From Naegleria gruberi (taxonomy: Eukaryota), in assembly GCA_000004985.1 (NCBI GenBank), contig GG738849.1: DNA of 64,000 nt; one strand, written 5' to 3'. The position numbers and the translations under genes are program-made. Below are positions 34,056 through 45,356 of this stretch, in pieces. The first letter of the stretch is position 1. Every line of letters starts with the position of its first letter. The notes beneath the pieces were generated by a model that was not told where the DNA came from, did no database searches, and saw nothing but the letters and a program-made list of their open reading frames with translations.

Positions 34056-35273
34056 TTATTCATCAGTCATTCTGTACAATGCTTCATCCAACAAATCAAT
34101 GCCCAATGTTGAAATAAATTTGAACAACCAACTTTGACCGTCATCATCAATATTTACAAAATCTTGTCCAATCCATTCTTTCTTAAATGTTGAAATAGCT
34201 TGTTCTCTATTTGATGACCCTTTTTGTTCATTCCCATCAGTTTCGTCTTGTTCAGATTCTTCATCATTCTCCTCTTCCTCATCACCTTCATTCCCATCAC
34301 CTTGTTTCATTAAGATGAGTTTTGTTTGGCTTTTTGGATCTTCCAAGTCACTAGCTTGATCACTGTGTAATCTAGATACAGAAATAGAAATACCTTTTTC
34401 ATGAGTTTCACCACCATAGGAAACACTATAGTCAATATCAATCCTCATAGAAAAAGGAATGAGTGCAGTGTAATAATCCAATGTAAAGTGAATAGTTGAT
34501 ATTGTATTGTTAGTATCTCCATCATCAGTTACACTAATATAGGTCAACTTGTGATCTACAGATGTAATGTGAAATCTTGAATAAAGGGATGGTGCAATAA
34601 GAGTAGTATCAGCATAACTACAATCCTGATGGGTAGTTAAAAAGAAAGTTCTCACAGGTCCAATTCTTGAATGTTTGTCAAAACTTGCATGTTTTAACAA
34701 ACAAAATTCCTTCATAAATTGATACGAGTGCTCTTTAATCATCTCCTTGCCACTCTTTGTAAATATAGTTGGTTTTGTTGTAAAACGAGTAATTCTATTA
34801 ATTTCCACAACAATTATATCATTGGTATCGAATTGTGTTGGCCATTTAGTCCAATTTTTAAAACTTTCCAATGTCATATCCCACAATCTACAAAACAATT
34901 CTTGCCACATTCTTTCCTCATCAATCATACCTTTATACCAAGGACGACAAACCAAAAACACTGATCCATTCAATACACTTTCCAAATCCATAAATGGAAC
35001 AATCGAATAGGCAACAATTTCTGGTGGTAACGATTTGATTAAAGAAGGTAAACGCGCCATTTCATATTTTCTCTTCTTTCTTTCCGCCCATACCATCACC
35101 AAATCACAAAAGTCATCATAACTTTGAACTTTCTCATTCTTTTGATAATTTTCATAGCACTCTATCATGTGGGCATCTAGTTGTTCAATTTTATTCTCTT
35201 GCTCCTCTTGTAAATTTGCTGATGATGATTTATTGGATGGTGCTTCATGGGTGGCTTTTCTCTTTGGTGCCAT
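34056..35273 (-). CDS. F-box domain protein, unknown function
   Basis: LPPEIVAYSIVPFMDLESVLNGSVFLVCRPWYKGM matches the F-box consensus (LP.EI...I...L....L.....VCK.W). Acidic C-terminal tract. 405-aa single exon with ATG start. Confidence 0.55.
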   Translation of the reverse strand: MAPKRKATHEAPSNKSSSANLQEEQENKIEQLDAHMIECYENYQKNEKVQSYDDFCDLVMVWAERKKRKYEMARLPSLIKSLPPEIVAYSIVPFMDLESVLNGSVFLVCRPWYKGMIDEERMWQELFCRLWDMTLESFKNWTKWPTQFDTNDIIVVEINRITRFTTKPTIFTKSGKEMIKEHSYQFMKEFCLLKHASFDKHSRIGPVRTFFLTTHQDCSYADTTLIAPSLYSRFHITSVDHKLTYISVTDDGDTNNTISTIHFTLDYYTALIPFSMRIDIDYSVSYGGETHEKGISISVSRLHSDQASDLEDPKSQTKLILMKQGDGNEGDEEEENDEESEQDETDGNEQKGSSNREQAISTFKKEWIGQDFVNIDDDGQSWLFKFISTLGIDLLDEALYRMTDE

Positions 35274-35377
35274 TTTTTTTGATGAAGTTTTGCGAATATT
35301 CGTACTACGTTCTTGTACTTTTATTGTAATGAAGGTAGAGTTTGAAGTTTTTTTCGACTGTTTTTTGGAATAATTTA

Positions 35378-36493
35378 CTAATGATGTTCATGATTACAAC
35401 AAGAATGTTCATGATGGTCGTGTGTACAGTTTTCAGAGTGTTCATGTTGACAAGCTTCAGAATGTTCATGCTGATGTTCGTGTTGTTGACAATTTTCAGA
35501 GTGTTCATGATGATGCTCATGTTGACAACACTCACCATGCTCATGATGATGATGATGTTCGTGGTGTTCGTGTTCATGGTGATGATCATGTTGACAACAG
35601 TGGTGATGACCTTGTTCTTGCATTTCCTTAATTGCTTCTTGAATTTGTCTTCTCATTTCAGTTGATCTAGCCCAAATGATCAAATTAACTCGTTCTCCCT
35701 TAGTAAGAGGTAAAGCACCATGCATTAATGCTCCATCATGCATCACAGCTCTCCCAACAACATGTTGATATTCAAAGTATTGATTATAAGTCTTTGGATT
35801 ATCTCTGTGACCTCTGAAGAATAAATTTCCACCTTCAAATCCTGGTTTTCCCAAACAAACATTTAATGTGAGTTCGGCATCATCGACGTGAACATTTAAA
35901 TCCTTATCACCACCAATAAAGTATTCTACAAAGAAGGTATGATGATCATCCAAATCAAATCCAGCTGGATTCATAATCTTGGCCAATGGACACAAATATT
36001 CCACAATAAATACATCAAAGAATTTTCCCAATCCAATTTCATCAATGACAATACCATAGTTATTCATTGAATTTGGTCTCAATTTAACATGATGATTCTT
36101 TTCATAATTATTCTTTTCTTCAATCATTTTCTGAGAAAATTCTGGAGTGAAAATTTCCAAGCTATAAACCTGAGGAACTTCTTCAGTCAGAATGGTCAAG
36201 AGAATTTCTCTCTTTTTCTGATTAAACTCCTTTTTAATAGTATTAAAAGCTTCCTCACTTTCAGCCTTCTCCAATAAATCAAAATAATAATGTAATTCCT
36301 TGGCATCTTTACAAGCCTTGGCAAAGGTCGGATTTAAAAACTTTTCATCAAACTCGAATAAATCTTTGTGTAATCTATTATATTCCTTATTTACAAATGT
36401 GAGAGTATCTCTCTCCGAGGAAGAAGATGATGGTGAAGAACCATTGTTATTGGCTTCTTCCTCTGGTGTGGTGTTACTTGGTTCGTTGCTCAT
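35378..36493 (-). CDS. 2-oxoglutarate/Fe(II)-dependent dioxygenase-like protein with a C-terminal His/Cys/Glu-rich tail of about 75 aa
   Basis: HxD...H facial-triad candidates (NVHVDDAEL; HGALP) and basic residues further C-terminal (GHRDNPK, TKGERV), none confirmed as the 2OG-binding Arg/Lys, in a double-stranded beta-helix-like region (HTFFVEYFIGGDKDLNVHVDDAELTLNVCLGKPGFEGGNLFFRG...VMHDGALMHGALPLTKGERVNLIIWARS). The tail is HHHCCQHDHHHEHEHHEHHHHHEHGECCQHEHHHEH..., encoded by CAY/GAR repeats. Confidence 0.6.
   Translation of the reverse strand: MSNEPSNTTPEEEANNNGSSPSSSSSERDTLTFVNKEYNRLHKDLFEFDEKFLNPTFAKACKDAKELHYYFDLLEKAESEEAFNTIKKEFNQKKREILLTILTEEVPQVYSLEIFTPEFSQKMIEEKNNYEKNHHVKLRPNSMNNYGIVIDEIGLGKFFDVFIVEYLCPLAKIMNPAGFDLDDHHTFFVEYFIGGDKDLNVHVDDAELTLNVCLGKPGFEGGNLFFRGHRDNPKTYNQYFEYQHVVGRAVMHDGALMHGALPLTKGERVNLIIWARSTEMRRQIQEAIKEMQEQGHHHCCQHDHHHEHEHHEHHHHHEHGECCQHEHHHEHSENCQQHEHQHEHSEACQHEHSENCTHDHHEHSCCNHEHH
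35385..35640. repeat. Imperfect CAY/GAR (His/Glu codon) microsatellite-like tract encoding the His-rich tail of the dioxygenase-like gene
   Basis: Dense runs of catgat, cacgaa and catgaa units. Spurious overlapping ORFs appear on both strands here (35305..35589, 35342..35665, 35422..35631). Confidence 0.6.
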
Positions 36494-36866
36494 TTTTTTT
36501 TGTTTGTTTTTTGTTGCTAAAATTGATTTTGTTCAAATCTTAAATTGACCAAAACATAAATTGACTCGATTTAGAGAAACTTTGTAATGAGTTCAATCCA
36601 GACATTGAGACACTATCCATGAACCAGTTTGCACTTTATTTCCTAAACCTTACTGTTCATTCTTTAGAGAAAAAAGTTGATTGTAAACTCTAGTTCCCAA
36701 TTAATACTACTTTCCCAATTTATAAATCAAAGGACATGCTCTAGTAACACAATTACCATTATTTGGCATCAACTTTCACACACAATATTATCATAATCCC
36801 AAACAAACCCCTCAAAAAATCTCTCAAACTCTCTCTATTGTATTCTTCGTTGCGTTTTATTTTACA

Positions 36867-38599
36867 ATGAAAAAAATGAATCGATTGGTTGTTGGGCGGG
36901 AGCTCGTTCTCCTCGTCTTGTTTTTCGTTTGTTGTTGTCTAGCCTTCGCAAATGCTGCTTCGAACAAGATTCTCGAAGGAAAGACTTCCAATGATGTTGC
37001 ACAATTTAATATTAACTTGGTTGGAAATGGAGCACCATTAAATCATTTTTGGAAAAGATCGGTCGGTAGTTGTCATGCTACTTTTTGTTTGAGAGCAGAT
37101 TGGAGAGAACAATTGAAATTGGCTCAAAAGGAATTGGGATTCACAGGTATTAGATTCCAGTAAGTTTGTTTATTAGTTGAACATAGTGTGTGAGAGAAGA
37201 ATTTGTGTATTTTTGCTTATAATTCGTTTACAATTTTGTTAATATTTTACAATAGTGGTATTTTCAATGATGATATGAGTGTTGTTTTGCAAAGTAGACA
37301 TGATCCTAATGTTCTTCAATATTCATTCTTTAATGTGGATCAATGTTATGATTTCCTTGTTGGTGAATTGAAGATGAAACCAATTATTGAATTGAGTTTC
37401 ATGCCAGAATTGATTGCCAGTGATCCTTCAAAGACTATTTTCCATTACAAGGGTGGTATTTCACCTCCAAAGTCAATGAAAATGTGGAATGATTTGATTT
37501 ATTATTTCGTTACCCATTTAATTGAAAGATATGGATTGGATGAAGTTGCTAGTTGGCATTTTGAAGTTTGGAATGAACCAAATTTGAGAAATACTTTCTG
37601 GACTGGTACTCAACAAGATTATTTCAATCTTTATAATAATACTGCTCATACTATTAAGGGAATTAGTAATAGACTTAGAGTTGGTGGACCAGCAACTGCA
37701 GGATCTGGATGGATTCAAGATTTTGTCAATTATGCCAAGTCTAATAATGTTCCTTATGATTTTGTTTCAACTCACGAATATCCAACTGATATTGAACCTT
37801 TGGCAACTGACACTTTGATTAAAGTTGCCAAGCAAACAAAGAATATTGTTGGACCAAATACTCCATTGCTCTATACTGAATGGAATTCTGGATTGAATAA
37901 TATTGGAAGTGGAACTTATTTCTATCAAGATTCTTCTTATCCAGCTGCTCTCGTTCCAAGAACACTCTTTTCTATTAATGGAGTTGTTGAAGTTTACAGT
38001 TATTGGACTTTTACTGACTTGTTTGAAGAACATGGGTTTGTATTTTTCAATTTTTAATTTTCATAATTTTCCATTTTAATGTTTAATAATTATTTTAATA
38101 TTTTCTTTTTAGTCAATACCCAGAGGTTTTCCAAGAAAACTTTGGCATGATGTCAATCTATGGTGTCAGAAAACCAGTTTGGAGAGCATTCGAATTAATG
38201 GCTAAAGCTGGTAATGAACTTTTCAATTCTACTACCACCTCTACTTCAACTGTCAATGTCTTTGCAACCCTCAACAAGCAAGCAAAGGAAATCATGATCT
38301 TTGCTTCAAATTATCAAGTTCCAACTCAAAAAGCTGAAGCTTTCCTTGTATCTATCAATGTTGACAGCCTTTCCAATACTTTGAGCAATTGCAAGACTCA
38401 TATTATTGATGAAACTAGATCCAATGCCTTCACTAAATGGAAGCAAATTGGCTCACCAACCTACCCAACTCAAAGTCAATTGAAGGAACTCCATACTGCT
38501 TCAACTTTGTTCACTCAAAATATTGAACCAAAGAACGGTAGTACTTTTGTTATTCAAATGGAAAATCCATCATTGCATGTTATTGTGTGTAATGTTTAA
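36867..38599 (+). CDS. Secreted glycoside hydrolase family 39 protein (beta-xylosidase / alpha-L-iduronidase-like). Three exons: 36867..37159, 37256..38035, 38113..38599.
   Basis: Signal peptide MKKMNRLVVGRELVLLVLFFVCCCLAFANA. GFTGIRFH|GIF spans intron 1. The catalytic acid/base motif FEVWNEPN and the nucleophile region YTEWNS are present. Introns are 96 and 77 nt, GT..AG, in phase. Confidence 0.8.
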
Positions 38600-38694
38600 A
38601 ATAAACATTATTTATTGAATGAAATGTACACATTGTAAAAGAATTATATTGAATCATAATATTCTTTAATATGGTTTATTAATTAGCCCATTAA

Positions 38695-40764
38695 TTATTC
38701 CAAAACAGGAACCATAGAAAATCTTTCCAAATGTTTGAACCTTTGACCTATATATTCCATGTACATTTTAGCCATTTGGTTTTCCAATTCAACTAGAATT
38801 TCTTTGGCTGTATTTGTGGAATCACTGAATGCCTTGATGGATCTATAATAAACCTTGACCTTGGTTATATTCTTACATTCTGATAATAATTTCTTTAGAG
38901 GAGTCTTTTCCTTCTTGCAATAAATTTTGAATTTCATCTTCCAAGCGTTCAAATCTCTGGCATATTCCATACTTTCCTTCTGGAAAAATTCTACAGTTGG
39001 CTTGTAACCCTTTGGTCTCCAGTTCAATAAGGATTCATGAATATAGAGAACTCTTAAACTCTTAGTTTGTGACAATACCTTTAAAAAGTCAAATCTTTCG
39101 AATACATTGTAATTAGCCTTATATAAAACTAGTTTGCCAAGGGATGAAATTGGAAGTAGTTTTTCTGCACCTCCAGCCAGCATGAAATCACCCTTGAGAG
39201 ATTGTATTTTCTTGTTAACAATTTGCTTTAAAAATGTTTCTCTATCAAATGCTATTGAAAGAGTGGAAGATGGATTTGGTTGAACTCTAACATATTTGAC
39301 TGAACTATTCAAATCATTAAGGTATGGAACACCAACACCTACAGAAGGACTGTAAATGTAAGCATTACCAGAAGAATCATTTCCAGGTATTACTTTTGGA
39401 TATGCTCTGATGGTCAAATAAATTACAACTGATCTCAAACTTGGGAAATCACGTAATAACATGGCCAGAGAGGCAGGAGAGTGAAAACCTCCTCTAATGT
39501 CCATGTGCTTTAAATTGGGTAAATATTTTTTGATCAACTTCATAGTCTCTTCTAAACACTCGGTTGGGCTGTCAACTACAAAAGTTAGCTTTTTCAAATA
39601 ATTAAAATATGAAAAGAATTGGAAAATCCTTTCTCTTCTTAATGGATTTTGTGGAACATTTGGAACTCTCTTCTCGAAATATCCTAAGGAATTAATGAGT
39701 GATCTGAAAGTTTGGGCAAGATGATTACTTTTCATAGTATTGAATAAATTAAACTTAGTTTGTCTAATCTCTGGTAGTTTTTCTAAAAAGGTATTTGTGT
39801 CAACCTTTTCTCCAGCATTAAAAACTTCCTTATCTCCATCCTTAAACATAATTTCAATAATAGTATTTTGTAAATGTTCTAAATATTGTGTTAGTGTGAA
39901 TAGTTCAACATTCTCCTTATCTTCAATAACTGCTTTCCTAGAGTCAAGAAATTTACCACCATCATATTCTCTTGTTTCAAACCTAGACAAAAATCCCTCT
40001 TTCAAAGATTCACTAACAACAATTTCGTGAGATGTAAATGCTTCCCACATTTGCAGTAGTATTTCTAAATTATTTTCTCTTAACACTATTTTTTGCATAT
40101 CAATTGAAATCAGTTGCTCTCTTCCACAAGGATCATAGAGTCTTTTCATTAGTAATTCTCTAATGAATCTTAGTGTACAGAGTGTAGATCCTCCACAAAA
40201 CTTTTCCTTCTTATATCCATTTGAGAAGACCACCTTGTGTAGTTTAGTAAAGGCTACTCTCAAGAAAAGATCATCCACCAACCTCTTTCTAAAGAAGTAT
40301 TGAAAGTAAAAATCATCCACACAATTTTCAAGTTCTACTGTACAAACTTTAACATTCGGATACAACATGACCAATCTATTTGTTATTGGATAGTTGCAAT
40401 CATACAATGTAGAACTATATTGATAATATTTGCATTTTCCGAAGACTTGATTAAAAATTAGTTCCGAAATATTAGCAACTTTTGATGTATCAAAGCGAGA
40501 AAGTATCAATTTCTTTGAATGTCCATCCAATTTAATACATCCCAATTTTTTCTTCACTCCCATAGCATAGGATTCAACAATTTTAATTTCCAAATAGGCT
40601 TGAAAATTAAATATATGCTGAATAATTTCCTTCGGAAGATCCGAAAACGTTCTATTACTTAGTAAGCAATTTGTATTTTTGTTTTTTCCACTATTGCCTG
40701 ATGTATTACTACTAGCATTTGATCGATTAGAATTTCCCTTGTTGTTTTTTCTTGCTTTTTTCAT
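38695..40764 (-). CDS. F-box-like protein with repeat-rich body, unknown function
   Basis: 689-aa single ORF with ATG start. N-terminal Asn/Ser-rich tract followed by an F-box-like FSDLPKEIIQHIFNFQAYLEIK, then irregular Leu-rich repeats. Confidence 0.5.
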   Translation of the reverse strand: MKKARKNNKGNSNRSNASSNTSGNSGKNKNTNCLLSNRTFSDLPKEIIQHIFNFQAYLEIKIVESYAMGVKKKLGCIKLDGHSKKLILSRFDTSKVANISELIFNQVFGKCKYYQYSSTLYDCNYPITNRLVMLYPNVKVCTVELENCVDDFYFQYFFRKRLVDDLFLRVAFTKLHKVVFSNGYKKEKFCGGSTLCTLRFIRELLMKRLYDPCGREQLISIDMQKIVLRENNLEILLQMWEAFTSHEIVVSESLKEGFLSRFETREYDGGKFLDSRKAVIEDKENVELFTLTQYLEHLQNTIIEIMFKDGDKEVFNAGEKVDTNTFLEKLPEIRQTKFNLFNTMKSNHLAQTFRSLINSLGYFEKRVPNVPQNPLRRERIFQFFSYFNYLKKLTFVVDSPTECLEETMKLIKKYLPNLKHMDIRGGFHSPASLAMLLRDFPSLRSVVIYLTIRAYPKVIPGNDSSGNAYIYSPSVGVGVPYLNDLNSSVKYVRVQPNPSSTLSIAFDRETFLKQIVNKKIQSLKGDFMLAGGAEKLLPISSLGKLVLYKANYNVFERFDFLKVLSQTKSLRVLYIHESLLNWRPKGYKPTVEFFQKESMEYARDLNAWKMKFKIYCKKEKTPLKKLLSECKNITKVKVYYRSIKAFSDSTNTAKEILVELENQMAKMYMEYIGQRFKHLERFSMVPVLE

Positions 40765-41138
40765 TTTTTTTATTAAAAAATTTAAAAATTAAATATCGGA
40801 GCTGATGAAAACCTTATTATTATCGGTTATTAACTTGAACATACTGAATGTACTATTAAAATATATAATTTTATATTTATTATTATTCTTTTTGAATTAA
40901 ATAAATTTTTAATGATTTTTTCATCGTGATGAGTTTCGCACTTTAAAACCGTTCATCAAATTTCTGATTTGGCAAAGAAAACATTCCGATTGGTGAATTG
41001 GTACTCAATAGACTTATATAACAATTTTGTTGCAATTTCCTTTAATTCCATTGTCCACTCGATGTCTCAATTTTGCTAACAACAAAATCTTCCAGAGCAA
41101 AGCAGAAATTTTCAATTTGATTACAAAATTAAAAAAAA

Positions 41139-43511
41139 ATGTACAACGGTGATGACGATGATTACATTACCTCATCAGCAGTGTATTATCCCGAAGAGAG
41201 ACCACCTCCACTATGGTCACTCTATTTTCCCAATGAAATTTATCAACCGAATGTTTTGGATAAATACATAACAGTCTTGGAACCACATTTTAAAACGCAT
41301 AAAAACATTTACAAATTACAAAGTGTTGAAGGAGTTAATAATTATGTATTGACTATTGATTTGATTTTTATGTATAATAATTTGGATCATAATCATAAAG
41401 CATTTATGGAAAATAATATTTATAATAATCCTACTTATGCTTTGGCTGCTATTGAAATGGCTGCTCATAAAGTATTGCTTTGGAATGATGCAGAGGAAGT
41501 TGTAAAAGGAACTAAAATTAATGCGAGACTGATCAATCACTCAGTGTTTGTATCATTGAGAAAATTGAAATCAAATTCAATGGGAAAGTTTGTGTCACTC
41601 AAAGGAACAGTTGTAAAAGCAAGTAATATCAAACCTATTGTTACAGAGATGACTTTTGTTTGTGCAAAATGTGGAGCCAAACAGAGAAGACACTTCAAGG
41701 ATGGAAAGTTTATTCCACCAACCAAATGTAAAACACACTCATGTAAATCAAAAGCATTCAATCCAGATAGAAGTACTGCATCCACTGTTGATTGGCAAAA
41801 AATTAAAATTCAAGAAGTATCCGAAAGTGACGATTATGAAGCAGGTAGAATTCCAAGAACTATTGAATGTGAAATTACAGAAGATTTAGTCGAGTCATGT
41901 GCTGCTGGTGATGAAGTTATTGTTTGTGGAACAGTCAAGGTCATAAACAGTGAACAACAAGAGTATAGTAGAGGAGCAAAAGGAACTACAAAGAGAATGT
42001 ACTTTTTATATTTAGAAGGAAATTCAATTACAAATACGAAATCAACAGACAAAGGAGATGATACTCAATCATTTAGTACTAATGACTTGGAAGCAATCAG
42101 AGAAATGGGTTGTGAACCTGATATTTTCAGATTGGTTGTCCACTCTCTTTGTCCTGCAATTTTTGGACACGATATTGTAAAAGCTGGTCTTGCATTAACA
42201 TTATTTGGAGGAGTTCAGAGATATACCAATGCTAAAGATATGTTGACAGTTCGTGGCGATCCTCATATCCTGGTTGTAGGTGATCCAGGTTTGGGTAAAT
42301 CACAATTATTAACAGCAACATCACACGTAGCTCCTCGAGGTATCTATGTTTGTGGTAACACAACAAGTACATCAGGTCTCACGGTTACTGTAACAAAAGA
42401 TGTTTCAACAGGAGACTTTTCATTGGAAGCAGGTGCTTTAGTATTGGCGGATCGTGGATGTTGTTGCATTGACGAGTTTGATAAGATGAGTAATGAACAT
42501 CAAGCTCTTTTGGAAGCTATGGAACAGCAAAGTATTTCAGTTGCCAAGGCAGGTATTGTTTGTAATTTACCAGCCAGATGTTCTGTAGCCGCTGCTGCCA
42601 ATCCAGTTGGAGGCCACTACAATAGAGCTAAAACTGTTGGTGAAAATTTAAAGATTAATCCAGCCCTTCTTTCAAGATTTGATTTAATTTTCATCTTATT
42701 GGATAAGCCAGATGAGCTCAGAGACAAGCTTCTTTCAGAACACGTTTTGAAACTTCACTCTGGAAACACAACTAGAACAGGTTCAGCTCTCTCCACCTTT
42801 ACCACAAAATCTGCACTGAGTCAAGTTGGTACTCAACATGGACAAACATCTCTGAAGGAAAGATTGAAACCAAAAAAAGGTGAAACTTTTGATGTTATTC
42901 CGCCAAGACTTTTGAGAAAATATATTTCCTATGCCAGACAATATGTCATGCCAAAACTTAACAATGATGCAAAGAAGGTATTACAAGATTTTTATGTAAA
43001 ACTCAGAAAATCACACCACAGTTCTGAAGCAACACCTATCACAACAAGACAATTGGAATCATTGATTAGACTTTCACAAGCTAGAGCTAGATCTGAATTG
43101 AGAAGTGAAGTGACAGAAAGAGATGCTTTAGATGTTGTAGAGTTAATTAAGGAATCTATGTTTGATGTCCTTACAGATGAAAAGGGAAGAATTGACTTGA
43201 CACGTGTAACTGGTATGAGCAAAACCAAACAACAAAATGCCTACATTGAACAGCTCACCAAGATTGCAGACTCTAATGGACACGGTCCTATGTTTGAATT
43301 TAATGAAATGGTTCAATATGCTCAACAAATGGGACTTACAGAAGACCACAGAATTCTCATTGAAAGACTTAATAACCAGGGTTATATTTTAAAGAAGGGA
43401 CCTGGTGTTTACAAGCTCACAACCTGTGCTTCTACAACCACTCCAACCAAACCAAAGCGTAAATCTAGATTGTCACAAGAGGAGGCTTCCCAAAATGATT
43501 ATGAGGAATAA
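41139..43511 (+). CDS. MCM8: MCM8 DNA helicase (minichromosome maintenance 8)
   Basis: N-terminal Zn-finger CAKCGAKQ...CKTHSCKS. Walker A GDPGLGKSQLL is the MCM8-type canonical GKS, unlike the MCM2-7 GDP[GS]xAKSQ form. Walker B/MCM box CCCIDEFDKM. Arginine finger SRFDLIFILLD. C-terminal winged-helix region. 790-aa single exon. Confidence 0.85.
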   Translation: MYNGDDDDYITSSAVYYPEERPPPLWSLYFPNEIYQPNVLDKYITVLEPHFKTHKNIYKLQSVEGVNNYVLTIDLIFMYNNLDHNHKAFMENNIYNNPTYALAAIEMAAHKVLLWNDAEEVVKGTKINARLINHSVFVSLRKLKSNSMGKFVSLKGTVVKASNIKPIVTEMTFVCAKCGAKQRRHFKDGKFIPPTKCKTHSCKSKAFNPDRSTASTVDWQKIKIQEVSESDDYEAGRIPRTIECEITEDLVESCAAGDEVIVCGTVKVINSEQQEYSRGAKGTTKRMYFLYLEGNSITNTKSTDKGDDTQSFSTNDLEAIREMGCEPDIFRLVVHSLCPAIFGHDIVKAGLALTLFGGVQRYTNAKDMLTVRGDPHILVVGDPGLGKSQLLTATSHVAPRGIYVCGNTTSTSGLTVTVTKDVSTGDFSLEAGALVLADRGCCCIDEFDKMSNEHQALLEAMEQQSISVAKAGIVCNLPARCSVAAAANPVGGHYNRAKTVGENLKINPALLSRFDLIFILLDKPDELRDKLLSEHVLKLHSGNTTRTGSALSTFTTKSALSQVGTQHGQTSLKERLKPKKGETFDVIPPRLLRKYISYARQYVMPKLNNDAKKVLQDFYVKLRKSHHSSEATPITTRQLESLIRLSQARARSELRSEVTERDALDVVELIKESMFDVLTDEKGRIDLTRVTGMSKTKQQNAYIEQLTKIADSNGHGPMFEFNEMVQYAQQMGLTEDHRILIERLNNQGYILKKGPGVYKLTTCASTTTPTKPKRKSRLSQEEASQNDYEE

Positions 43512-43515
43512 TAGG

Positions 43516-45035
43516 TTATTTGAGATTTATTTTCAGATAAGCAATGAAGCTTGTAACTGTAAAGAAAACTGTTGAACCTAGAGTTACACCTTGATCCAGA
43601 ATATAATTATTATCAGCTATTACACCATACATATTACGGAATGATCCATTCAATTCGCTCTTAACTTGATCAATCTCTATAATAGAAAGGGCAAACGAAA
43701 CTGCTGCAATTATTACTGGAATAATAGTTGTCAAAAGTGTTATTTTTGGCAGTAATTTGAAAAACTGAATTCCAAAAGCAATAGAAATAAACATTGAAAT
43801 CCAAGTAAGGAAATATAACAGTTTTGCATAAATACTGATTTCTAACCCAGTTGTAAAGTATTGATAATTGACAGATAGTGAAATACCAAGCGCCAAATAT
43901 GCCACCAAAGCAATAGAAACAACAATAGCCAATATCGTAAATAGGGCACAAACAGAATGTCTGAACATTGTGAAGAGTACAAGGGGAATATTCTTACGTT
44001 TCTTTCTTCTGAAAATTGTTTTCATTCCAATCACACAAAAGATGATAGATAGCCCAACTACTACAATAGAAACCAATGCTAAACCGCCATAAAATCCCAG
44101 ACCAATATAATTAGCATCTCTTCCAGTAACTATTCCTAAAATTAAGTAAACAATAGCTGTCAAAATGAACACAATAAATGGGAATGTAAAAACCAAAAAT
44201 CCAAATACAGCACATCCAAGAGATATTCTTCCACACCATTTCAGTTTGTGCTTTTTAATTGATTTTACCTTTTTTCTTTTCCATAAAAAGCAGCAAGAAA
44301 ATGCCATAATTGTCAAACAAACACTCAGAGCTAGAAAATAAATAGGTAATAAATAAGTATGAGACGAATTATCAATACTATCTACAACGGTATATCTATG
44401 TGCAGAGTAATACACAATAGCATATGTCAAATAAATAATAAATGAAAAGCAAAATATGAAACAAAACACTATTCTCAAAATATTCTCATTGGATTCTATT
44501 TTTTTCACAGATCCTGAACTCATTGCACTAGATGAATAAATAGACTTCATAGATTTTCTATGATTGGTAGTATTAGTTGTGTGGGTGACTAAATCTTCAT
44601 GTATGGTAACTGTTTCTTCTTCCCTTGTTGTGTTAAGTGTTACAACAGTTCGTGCTGATCTAGGTGTAATTAATTGCTGATCTAGAGATGTACATGAGTT
44701 ACTATTCGAAATGATAGATTGATCAAGTCCATTGTTGATAGGTTTTTCTGATTCTGATGAGCTTCCACTCCTTGCAGAGTCAATTTCATTCAATTCAAAT
44801 CCTCAACCTGACTCCCTTTCACACTAAAATGTTTTACCAGTGTTTTAGTGTTAGTTTCATCATCTTGATTCTGTTTAATGTATTCGTATAAATTTGACAC
44901 ATTTTCCGATAAGCTAACCACAGAATCTCCCTTGTTATTATTTGGAAGTGATGTTATTGAAGATGAAGGTATGATTCTCGCATCCTCACCTTCTGGAGCT
45001 GTCGAAGTTGCTGCTGTTGATGTTTGTTGAGACAT
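43516..45035 (-). CDS. Multi-pass membrane protein (8 or more predicted TM helices) with a Ser/Thr-rich N-terminal extension. An apparent +1 frame change near 44790 separates an 81-aa N-terminal ORF (44790..45035) from the 425-aa TM ORF (43516..44793).
   Basis: The downstream ORF has repeated hydrophobic 20-25-aa segments (IVFCFIFCFSFIIYLTYAIVYY, YLLPIYFLALSVCLTIMAFSCCFLW, ...). The upstream ORF, ATG-initiated MSQQTSTAATST..., ends at TGA while the +1 frame opens 9 nt earlier. No in-phase GT..AG intron can join them. The TM ORF otherwise starts only at TTG or at an ATG 81 codons in. Confidence 0.5.
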
Positions 45036-45356
45036 TTTTTAATGTTCACTTCAGTGTTGCGAATCTCTGAAAGGTGATGCAACAATATCGGAATTGTGAT
45101 GAAGTTGCTTTTATGAGAGATTGAAACTTTGACGTATTCTACAAGATATTTTGCATAGTGTTTCCGAGAGATTGAATAATACTATTTGCTTTTCAAAATT
45201 CAAAAGCCTTCGAAGCCTACTAATGTGTTATGTTTTAACGAGTTTTTTTCTAAGTTCTTCTTCACTGAACGGAGGCTATACTGTCATCATATTAAGATAG
45301 GAAAATATTGGTGCGATAATTTTTTAAAAAAAAACAATTAAAAATATTTTTAAAAA

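Noticed and set aside
35305-35665. Overlapping ORFs rich in Met/Phe/Val/His on both strands
   Set aside because: They are generated by the CAT/GAR microsatellite encoding the His-rich tail of the dioxygenase-like gene.
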